The notes under the pieces: model-generated
Databases searched by the model: none
The model's input: only the letters and a program-made list of their open reading frames with translations
Told to the model about the DNA's origin: nothing
From: Hydrolagus colliei
Taxonomy: Eukaryota
Length of the DNA: 64,000 nt
Assembly (NCBI GenBank): GCA_035084275.1
Contig: CM068755.1
Coordinates: forward strand, 9,548,001 to 9,612,000
Reading direction: 5' to 3'
Program-made: the position numbers and the translations under genes
Part shown: piece after piece, positions 48,001-60,000 of the stretch
Layout of the letters: every line of letters starts with the position of its first letter
Position numbering within the stretch: position 1 is the first letter of the stretch

Positions 48001-51000
48001 TGTGCAGTCTCAGAAGGTCCAAGGTCCAATTCCTGATTGGCGCTGAGTTTGTTGACTTCATGTGGGCTTTCAATAGGGACACTGTTGTTGACCCCAATGA
48101 CCCTACGTGCGAATGACAAAAATAAGACTGTGTTGCTTTACCTTATTCTATCGAGATGCCTCTTCTGATAAGTGAGCGAATATGGGTATTGAGCAAATGA
48201 CTGGATCACGCAAGGCCATAATGTCCTTAACCCACTAGCCAATAACAAATTGTTGGTCTCAGACACGAAGGTACAAATTTAGGGACTGAATAATAATAAT
48301 AATAATCATAATAATAATCCTTGCATTTTGATATCGTGCCTTTCACATCTTATCGATGTCTCAAAGCGCTTCACAGAATATACTGTAAAGTGAATTGACT
48401 GTATATTTGTGGGCGAAACGCGGCAGCCAATTGCGCACAGCAGTGTCTCACAAACAGTCATGGATTTAAATAACCAATTTGATTACAGTAAAAGCCCGTT
48501 TATCCGGCACCCTCTGGGGGGTCGACTAATTGATTGTGTCGGATAATTGGGTGCCAAGTTGCCGAAAACCCAACCCAAAAAATTTACTTATTTTAAAACA
48601 TACCATATTCATAATATTCAAAATAGTAACAGAATACTGTATGGATACTTACCAATAAAGATTCCAGCACACTGAGTAAAATGATTATTTTGTAAAAACC
48701 TTAGTAAAAACCCAGAGTTCGTACGTTTAATAAATGCGCATGTGCGCGCATTGCAAAGTGAGCATACACGCGATTGCTGGAATGGGGAATTGCCCCGGGA
48801 GGGGGATCGCGCAATCCGGTTGATCGAGTCACAGATAAATGGGCTTTTACTGTATTGTGGTTTTTTGGAGGGATTATTATTAGACGTGTGGAGTAAGGAA
48901 ACTTGCCCAAGATTTGAATGGTGGCCAATGCCTGAGAAAAAGTACCACAGCATTTCTCTGTTGTCTTAGTAGAGAAGTAAATAAAGATGATGGGGGAAGG
49001 GACTGAGGAGAGGGCAGAGTTTTCTTGGATATGTTTGCAAACATTGCAATACCTTGATCTCTTTATTAGACAATGTAAAAAGTAATAAACTGCTCTAGTT
49101 TTTATTTTTTCTGAGAAGTCTATGGTCTGAAATAGGCTTCATTATTTGGGTGGGAATTTAAACTGTTTACCTTTACCAGCTATTTCCCTCTTAGTCGCCT
49201 AATGAACATTTAATTCATCCAGTGGATTAACTCAAAACTCAATTTTAAAAACTGGATCAACAATTTTTGTATTGTCTGTGTAAATTTACACATGGTCAAT
49301 ACAATACAGTACTGTTCCTTAATTATAATCCTTGCATTTGATACAGCACTTTTCACGTATGCTAGACATCTCAAAGCGTTTCACAGAATATACTGTAGAG
49401 TGAATTGACTGTATATTTGTGGGAAAAACGCGGCAGTCAATTACGCACAGCAGTGTCCCACAAATAGTCGTGGATTAAAGTAATTTTTTTTTAGGGATTA
49501 CTATCAAGTGTTTGGAGTAAGGAAACTTGCCCAAGGTTTCACCCTGTCTGGAATCAAACCTAGGTCTCTTGCTTGTAAGGCGAGTGCTCTAACTACTGAG
49601 CTACAGGACTCCATACATCTTATAATGATAATAATAATACTTGCATTTGATGAAAAGTGCCTTATCATGTCTTTGAGATGTCTCAAAGTGCTTAACAGAA
49701 TACTGTGTAATGTTAAGTGAATTTACCATATATTTTGTGGGCGAAAAGTGACACTTTATTACTTGAATATCTTACTTAAATTTTAAATCGGTCTTAAAAG
49801 ATTATTAACAATTAAATACAACCTTTTTCTAGACTGCGGATGAAAATTGGAGACCATGCATACTGAATGAGGCTGCGAAAATAATCAACAAGGTATTTAC
49901 TATGTTTAATTACTTTTTATAAAATCTAGTGTAACATGAAATTAATCCCATGCAAACAAATTTAGTTATTTTGCAAAGAGTAATATTGTTGTACAAACTA
50001 TTCAAGTCATGGATCTTTGTCATCTTGTCCAGCTTTTTGTTATTTGTTTGTTGCATTATGAAATTAGAAATTGATTAAAAAATTTCCTCTTAAATACGTA
50101 TTTTTTAAATGACTGGATATTTCCATCTCGTGGGATAATACAGTTGACAGAGATTAGTTGCTCTAATCAGGTAGTCTGAACCAGTTATGGATGAGGAAAC
50201 AATGTGAATAATTGGTCATAGCTTAGTGAACCAAGAAATTCTTGCATCAGGACTTATCCATTTTAGTACTGTACAATGTCAGCCTCACTTCTTTCTCTGT
50301 CTCTGACATTCTCAATCTGAAGTTCTCTTACTTTTGTCCTCTCTCTCTAGGCCTCTTTCTCTTGAGAATTTTTCTCCCCTTTTCTCTTTCTCGCAAGTAT
50401 TTCTGTCTTTATATCTTTCTAAATCTCTCTTTCTAAATCTCTCGTCTCCTTCTTTCTCTCTCTCTCTCTCTGTTTGCCTCCCTAGGATTTTGTGGGAACA
50501 TGAAGTGTCACTTCAAAAATCAAGTGTATAATCTTTGTAAACATTTTAGTTATCTGTTATTGCATGATATTTCTTTCTGTATACATTGGAAGTGAAAGAC
50601 ATTTCATCTCATTCATTGAGTGTTATAATTTAAGATGTAAGTTTGATGGATGGCTTGGTGTAACGAAAGAATGCCATATTCTAGCTTTTTGATAGACTGC
50701 TGAATTTTGCCCCTTCCTTAAGGAAAGTATAACAGTAATTGTTTCTTTGTTAGCTTGTTCGTCTGGATTGCCTTTGTGCCTATTGGAATGTGAACAGTTC
50801 ATTGCTTTATCAAAGCTCAAGGGAACAGATTTTGGTATGTACACTTAGCATTTTCTCACTAAGAGTGGAGAGATGCCACCAGCTGGTGGAATATGTGCAA
50901 TCACACTCTGTACACACAATGTTTGGGCATACTCTCTCCAATTAACTACATCGCTCATGTCTTTGTCAGTTTGTCAATTTAAAACATTTATAAAAAAAAC

Positions 51001-54000
51001 TATCTTTGAGTGCCATAAAACCAATCTGTTATGAAGACATGTTGTATGTGATTTTTTTTCATTCATGATCTTGGCTTGTCTTGAATAGTCTTGAATTTCC
51101 CATCATTTGTTTCCATTAAGATTGTTCCAAAATATTTTGGGCTATGGTGTAACTATGCAAGAATTAGTGATGTTGAGGAAGGATATGTAATTTTGCAGTT
51201 TCAGTGTAAATGCAATCATTTATTTATGTTTTCACAACAGCTCTGGGATTCTTATAAAATATTAATTTTGTTCCTATTGAAATGAGCCATGCAACACATA
51301 ATCTTTATCTTAACAGATACATCTGAAAGAAGGAATAGCTTCAAGTACTTATGAACCCAAAGATTATCAGTACAGTAAGTATCAGCAGTGAACATAGATT
51401 CATCAGTGTTATTTGTATAAGATATAATAATAACTGTCTCCTTATTTACTTGAAAAAAGAGACAATTCCTTCAACAAACAAAATAATGGAAGGTTTTCTC
51501 TTCAAACAAATTGCTGCAGCACTTGTGTTTTGATCTTGAGACCCATCCTTAAAGCAGTAAAAAAAAATGGTCACTATATGAAAATTGTGTTTCTACTCAG
51601 TTGGGTTAAATGAATGTTTTAAGGAGCAATTTCCAACTTTTCCATTAAAGTGTCTTAATTTTATGCTGCTCAACCCCATTAAATGTTTTGCTTACAGTAT
51701 GATGTGCATTGAAATGTATGTTCATTGTAATATAATAATGTATGTTCAGATAATCCAAAAACTACCTTTTAATTTTGATTCAAAACTAAAACTCGAGAAC
51801 AGCAGTATTCAATGTAATAACTGACAGCAAAGCTAAAATTTGTTGAACTTGCCGAAACAAAGTTTATGTCAGACTTATAAAGGTCTTCACACAGTAAAAT
51901 TATTTAATAAACCATCTGTGTCTGTTCAAAAACCTCCATTAAAACAGGAAATATTCAAAGGCCAGTGTTTTCTGTCTATCCATTTTAAGTTGTTTGTTGA
52001 AACTTTTTTTTATCCTCAAGCTTTTAGACCAATGTCAGCCTCTGCTAAACTTTGTATTAACACTCACGCTGATGCTGAACTGAATTCACCGAAAATGAAA
52101 TTGGACATGGAGGTGCAGAGCATTGCCATAGAGATGACCAAAGCACAGGTAAAATGGATTTACCTGCTGTTTGATGGCTACATCTATTGTATGATCATAG
52201 GTGTGCTTCACCCAGTACCTCGCCACAGGATTCACAAACAGACAGTGATGTTAATGAGACAGGGAATTTATTGAGTAACTGTGACTCTGAATTAATGTGC
52301 TTAGACTTCAGTATGTTATGTGACTGTGTTGAGATGAAGGATGGAGGGATAAAGAAATCAAAAGATTTATCCAGCATTTGTTGCTCAATATTTCTTAATT
52401 GACCCCATAGATATTTTATTTTCTGTTACAATTTTGCTGAAGGAACATTTTTTTGAGGACCGTGGTGTTGTACAAACAATATTGCTATTTTCCTTCACAA
52501 TATTTGGCAGTGAACATTTTCATTCACAATTTGAGTATTGCTGAAGGATTATAGTGGTTGGCAAGCTGGGATCAGTGAAGCATTTTGGAACTAAATTCTG
52601 ATTGTTTAAGTCTAAAATATTGACTGTGTGTATGACTGAAATTATTTAAATGCTCATGTGTGCTGATTTTTTCCCAGTATCTTAGCATGATGGATCTCCT
52701 GGAATCTGTGGATTACATGGTCAGAAACATCCCTTACCGAAGATACAAACCTAATGTCCCAGTTCATAAAAATTTCAATAAATGGTAAGAATGAACCAAA
52801 TTTCAAACATTATATGTAATTATCTAATTAATTACTGGAGGCTTTTTTCTTCTTCTTTGTTTCTGACCCTTTTCTATCCACAAACCTTTTTTGAATACAA
52901 CTTTGCTGGGTCACAAAAGGGAGTGGTTCTTCATGTGTAAAGATACAGTTCTTCTGACGTGAAATTACAAGTGTAATTTTGTTGTTGTTTTAGTTGTGAG
53001 TGGAGATGGGACACCTGTGAGTGCCATTGTTGGCGAGCACAATGTTCCTACCAAAGGTTCCTATCAATTAGGAATGTTGAACCATGGTTAATTTTTCTTT
53101 ATCCTGGCTATTTGTTTCAGTCACTTTTGGCTTTGAACAATTGGTCATTTAAAAAAAAGTGCATCCCAGAGGAAATTATTTTTATTTATTTTAAAATGAT
53201 TTCATTTATTGTCTCTTATATTTGGTGGAGTCCTCTAGCTCAGTGGTTAGAGTACTCGCCTTACAAGCGTGAGACCTGTGTTTCGAATCCGGTTCAGGGC
53301 GAAACCTTGGGCAGGTTTCCTTACTCCACATGCCTAATAATCCCTCAACAAAAACAATAATAAAATTGGTCATTTCAATCCATGACTGTTTGTGGGACAC
53401 TGCTGTGCACAATTGGCTGCCGCATTTTGCCCACAAATATACAGTCAATTCACTTTGCAGTATATTCAGTGAAGCACTTTGAGAAAAGCGCAATATCAAA
53501 TGCAAGGATTATTATTATTATTATATTTGAGGGAGGTTTCTGTTCATCAGAAGGGGAAAGAGAATTTAGTGTGATTAAAACATTTTTTGATATCTTTTTT
53601 ATATTGGCCACCCCAACAAAGCAATTCACTTCATCTCCAACCCTAGAAGAGCACTTCTCATTGAACCAACATGATGCTTCCATTTTTGACCCAATTCTTA
53701 CAGCTCTCTGTCTTTAATACTATACATTTATTTCAAGGTAATAATGCACAGTAGTAACAAAGTACTGTAATTGCCTTAATGACAGGTGGCAGTATGCAAT
53801 CACCGGAATTCTGGAAGTTCATATCAGGAGAAAAAGTCAAATGTGGTCATGGAAAAATATCAAGAGTCACAGACAAAATCTGAAAGCCTACAAGCTGGCT
53901 TACAAGAACAAGTTGATGCAGAACAAGCCTTCGGATGAAATACTGAAACATGTTCAGGTAAAACGGAATCCGAACAAAACGACCCCTTCTTACTAAATGT

Positions 54001-57000
54001 TTACCATTGTTAACGTATTTGATCTCCTAGAAATACTTCTGCACTGTTTTTTTTAGGCACCAAGTATTTAACTAATGATATCAGTGGGAAGTTGTTATGC
54101 TGTCTGCAACAGGTTGAGTAGAAAGGCAGATTGCTGTGCATGCAGAAAACAACTGGCTGGTGGATTGCATAATTGCTGGAGGAGCTGTTTTCCAGAATCA
54201 ACATTAGATGAGTTCCGGCTGCTTGTTGCCAAATTGATCAAAGGTTCCGTGACGTAACTTGAAAGGATTAATGGTCATCCGTCTCGTGGGAACTCGTTGG
54301 TGCAAATAGTGGTTTGCCTATAAATCAATTTACCGCTTTGATGTTCATTATTTGTGAGGTACTTTGTAATGTTCTGACGTCAGTTATTGCAAAGTTTGTT
54401 TTTTCTTTTGAGTCAGTTCCAAAGACAGTTTGATTTTGCAAACATTTTGTAACATGCGTTCAAATACACCATCAATTTGTCAGATTAAGCTTTTCAGTGT
54501 TGATTGATTTTTTTTCTTTGTTTTTGTTTTCTGTTTGTTTTAGACTCTGGAGAAATTGCTGGATGTTTTCAATATTACCCTAGCAAGACAACAAGCCCAT
54601 GTTGAGGTAACTGATTATTTTACTGTATGTAGTGTGTGCTCAGTGATCTCATGAAATCAATCAATCAATCAATCCTTACATTTATATAGCGCCTTTCACG
54701 TCAAGAGGACATCCCAAGGTGCTGTACAGTCAGGTAGGGACAAGAGCAGGGTGGGAGCGGCCAGGGCAGGATGAAGAAGGGTAGGAAACTATATTTGTGG
54801 GCGAAACACAACAAATGGCTTCTTCTTTTGCTTTCAGGTGATCAGATCCGGACATAGGATGTCGGGAAAGAAGGGAGCAGAGAAACAGAGTGGAGGATGG
54901 TTTAGTGGACTATGGGGGAGAAAAGATTCAAAGAAGAAGGGTGAAGAGGACGTCAAATCTGTACCGGAAAGTTAGTAAAATGTTACCTTAAATCTTATTT
55001 TGATGTTTGGTGAAGGTAGCTCAAGATTGAGTTGCATATGTGGCAGTCAGGTGTCAGCCTGGCTCAGTTGGCTTCTCTCTCGCCACCTAGGTGAGAGGTT
55101 TGTGGTTCAAACCCCAGGTTAGGACTTGGAATTCATACCTCTTATTTTAGTATTCCATGACATTTTTTCAGAATGAAAATTGTTAAAAAGTTAAAGTCAA
55201 ATAAATTTTCAGCGTTCTGTTGTGCGGCTCAGAGTTTCTTTAACTTTTTTGATGTTTTCAGGTATCAATGAGCTCATGACGCCTGAAGAAAAGACTAAGT
55301 TATACACAGCTATCGGTTACAGCGAGAGCTACCACAACTTGACACTACCAAAACAGGTCTGGTATGCTCTTAAATAACCGTGTTTAACCCACAAAATATA
55401 CAGTTAATTCACTTGAATTATTATATTTTATATATTATTGAAGTATATTCTGTAAAGCACTTTGAGACATCTCAAAGATGTGATCAAGTGTTATATCAAA
55501 TGCACAGATATTATTTTTATATGTCAAATGCAAGAATCATTATCATTAATCATTAAATGTGAGTTTTATTGATCAGATTAATTCTGCTCAACAAATGCAT
55601 CTCTGGTTTTAACCATTAAGAGGACATCTAAGAATGCTGTGCATTTTTTTTCCTTTCTTGTGACTTGTTAGAATTTGGGGTCTCTTGCATTATTGCGTGG
55701 TAAGAAATAGCTCTCCTCTTGTGCTTGGGCTGAATTAATTTTTGTCATGATTTTGGTTTCATGTTAAAATTGGTGTCTTTCAGTATATTGCAAATGTGCT
55801 GACCTTCAAGCTGGTCACAACCTCCATCACCATCCGAGAGGAACCAAATCTTCCAGAGATTCTTAAAATACAGACGATTGGCTTGAGCATGTGTGTTTCC
55901 CAGCGTCCTGGAGCACAAGCACTAAAGTAAGAATTTACCTGGGGAAGAAATGAGCAAAGCTCAGGTTAAAAGCATGAGGTACAGTTAGCATAACATTCCT
56001 TTTTAGTATTTAAGCTCAAAGATGGAGAATGGTAAAGAGACCTTCACCAAGGATAGAGTTTCTACTAGACACTTTATTTACCCTTAGTCAGACTCGTGTC
56101 CTTTGGAATCTTATGATGGAGTGGTGAATCGTAAATTATGAAAAAATTAATAAAAAGAAAATTTAAACCCAAATCCTTTTTTGGTAGAGTGGAAACTCGA
56201 TTGGAACACTGGTACGTAACTGGTTTGAAACAGCAGGATGTAATTCCATCTCTCATCGCTTCTGTTGGAAGTCCAAAATCCTCCTTACTCAATGTCTGTT
56301 TTGAGATTAATCCGGAGGAAAGCAGTGCAGATCAGTTAGTAAATGTCCAGTCCCAGCCGGTGGAAATGATTTATGATGCTGTAAGTATGATTATATTGCA
56401 TGTTATATTTCCATTACGTACTTAAAATCTCTTGCTTAGTCTTACTTAAACAGTAAAATATGGTTGGAAGCTGTATGTTGCTTACCTTACTCAGAAATTT
56501 CATTCTAATGGTTTGAAATGCCATGAAGATTTAACGTGCTTTTTTATGTTATCAAAGAGACAATCATATGATAAATTCTTACAACACATAAATTCTTATA
56601 AATAACACTGAAATAATTACTTGAGCGATTTCATTGCAACTCATAGTTTTGTTTTCAACCAATACTGTTATATTCATATTTTAATCTGAGCATTTGCTCT
56701 ATTGATTAAAATTATCGTATGAAACTCTCTCCTTTCTACTTTTCAGCAAACAGTAAATAGTTTGGTAGAATTTTTCCAGACTAACAGAGGATTGGATCTT
56801 GAACGCCTAACTTCGGCAACTTTAATGAAATTAGAGGAAATCAAGGAGAGGACTGCAACAGGTAAACATTTTTTTCAAAGAAAAAACAAAATGTAGATTA
56901 TAAAGATAAAATTGAAGCTGCCTCGGGTGACTTATCTGTTCCAGAATGGAGTTCACAATATTGTTGCTACCCCATAAAGTGTTTTTAATTTGTCTCAAAA

Positions 57001-60000
57001 GTTAATGCATTTAAAACAACTTTATTCATTTAACTTTTTCCTAGGTCTGTCGCATATAATTGAAACACGAAAAGTCCTTGATCTTCAAATCAACCTTAAG
57101 CCATCTTACTTGGTGGTCCCACAGACTGGTTTCTACAGTGACAATTCAAACTTACTTATTTTGGACTTTGGTAGTTTCCAGGTATGTTACTGGAAATTCA
57201 TAGCTACAATTGTTTTGCAAAAAGAGTGTGACTTAAGTCATAATGTTTGCATCAAATCGCTTCATAAAATATACTGTAAAGTGAATTGGCTGTATATTAT
57301 GTGGGCAAAACGCGACAATTGACTAACAGCTTACAGTTCCTACTTACAGCTTTGTAAACAGAGGAAACTTGCCCAACATTTCACCCTGCCGGTAATTGAA
57401 ACCCAAGTCTCTCGCTTGCGAGGCGAGTGCTCTAATCACCGAACTACAGGACTCCATATAGCACCTTATTATCTCGTCAAAACTTCCCAAAGCATTTTAT
57501 CTGATTTACTGTAAAGTGTAGTGATTAAGTATTTGTAAGAAATTCATTAGCTGGATTGTGGATATCAACATCCTGTTGAGAACAATCCTACAAACACCCA
57601 TGAAGTAAATAAATGACTAATTTTATTCAATACAGTATAATTTTAACTTGTGCAGTTTCTCCGTTGAGTAACTCAATAATGTAGCATTTTTAATGGATTA
57701 TATTTTTAAAAGATTACTCTTTCATTCAAAATGCTTTGATTTGGAGCTGTTTGACAGTCTATAAATAGCAAAGCATATATAAATTACACATTTACTTTTC
57801 TACAGTTGAACAGTATCAACCACGGTGATCAGAAAGTGATATCTCCAAGTTTTGCATCACTGGAGGAAATTTTGGATCGAGCCTATGAAAAATTTGATGT
57901 GAAGCTCAAAAATGTCCAGTTGTTGTTCAGCAAACCAGGTCCATTTTTATTTAAAAATCTCTCTGTTTAAATGAGCTTGTTAATTCCTTTGACTGTTTAT
58001 CCACTTGAGAATCTGTCTACCTCGCTTATTTATTTTGGAAAGATGTGCAGTGTATGAATGACATGCACTGCTTTGACTGGTGATTGTCCACCTCTTTCAG
58101 GCAATAATAATAATACTTATAATATTTTTAATTGTATTTTTCCAGCAATAGGAAGCATGTGATGCCCTGAATTATTTTACTGTCATGTTTTACTCGTTTG
58201 AGATGAACTACTTTATTTTCAGGCCCTTTCCCCAGGAAGGAATCTTAGTACTGTATCACCTAAAAAAAATGTCCACTATTGTTTGTTTGGAGAACTGAAT
58301 CATGTGTTTATAGCACAGATCCTGAAGATCTCAAACTTGATTATTGGTGTATTTTAGGCTATTTAAGTTCTAGTTAGATCAATTTGTTCTGCCATCTGAG
58401 GAGCGCTTTCTAATGTATTCTCTTTATTTCTTGTGAGAATGTGTTGTGTTTTGGAATTATTCACTTCCAAAGTGACGCTAAATCACATCAGTGGCGGTAC
58501 AACATTTCACACTTGTTTATTGCCTCTCATTTCGGGTAATGTCTCAAAATGTCTTTGCAGAGATGGAATGGAAACCAATATGTAGTTACTTATGAACAAA
58601 AGATTAGTCAAGGATGAAATGTACTAATCTCGTGTACTTAACTCTTAACTAAACATGTGCTTCATACAGAATCTGTCTCTTTCAGGTCAAGACTGGAAGT
58701 TTGCTCGTGTCCAGCATTCCTCTTCCCAGCATATATTACAGCCTATGAATGTTGAAGTGAAGATTGCTAAAGCTATGGTGGAAAAAGATGCCAGACTGCC
58801 TAAGTATGTTGAACATTTAAGCCTGTTGAGCTTTCATTCAATTTTCAAGACTTTGTACTAAAATCCAAAGGTCACAGCAATGATCTTATATAAAAGCTAC
58901 ACAGCAGAGTGGTGTAATCAGTTGCAATCGAAAGGTAGGGAAATACATCCTGGTAACAAAAATAAAAGCTTTTCAATTCCTTATTCACGGGAGTTGATGA
59001 AGATTATACATTCCTATGTTCGTTTACAAGCGGGCAGTTGATAACCCTGATTATCGATATTCCACTGTACTGCTTTTCAGCAGCAAGGTTGAGGGGTGTA
59101 GAAGAAAAGACAAGCAGATATTGATGGGGATGGGGTAAGGGAAGGGGTAAATTCAACTGCTTCTACTATATTTGGGAAACAGTGACATCTTAGACAAATG
59201 TTCTGAGGAACTGAAAAAAAGAATATATAAGGTTAACTATTGGTTGAAAAGTGAAGAGTGTGAAAGTATAAATATTGGCTTCTAACCAGCCAAACCTGTT
59301 GAGTGATTTAAGGTGTTGTATATAATAAATAAATATAATCCTTGTATTTGATTTGTATAACTTGATATTTGATGGCTATTGAATCTTAACAACATTTGGT
59401 TTTCTTTCAGATTTAAAGTCTCGGGTGAACTGCCTTTGTTCCACGTCGCAATGTCAGACGAGAAGATAAAAAGTATTTTCGAACTTGCTGATAGTATCCC
59501 CTTTCCTCAGAGCCAGTTCTCTTCCAGATCACCTACCAAAGCAAAGGTTAGCACATCAACTGGTGTTTCCAAACCGTTCTGTTTCTCTTCATGGCTGGAA
59601 CTCTGCCACAAATAACAGAAGTTCTAACTGTTATGATTATACTTGTAGAATGCATAGTATATTCATTTGCATTTAGGAAAGAAAAAAAATTACTTTTGTT
59701 GCATTATTTAGAATTTAAATGTTTCAGAAATATGCTAATAATGCATGTAATTGAAATTGCTTCAAGTCTCCCTGTAAAGAATGTCTTTTTTTAAGAGTTT
59801 GCAATCCCCATTTAATTTTTGTAATATTTCAAGGCAAATTATTCAATTTGGGGATACTCACTTAAATATAAAAATATACCATTCAAGCAAATATCTCTCT
59901 TGACTGAAAGGTACAAAGTCCCTTTATGTTTTTGTCCACAGGTATCTTTAGCTGCAAGATCACGAAAGGCTTTTGACCCGAGACTCGTAAATGTTGGATC

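Noticed and set aside
19289-57455. tRNA genes at the SINE heads
   Set aside because: No acceptor stem or terminator. Each continues into SINE body and tail.
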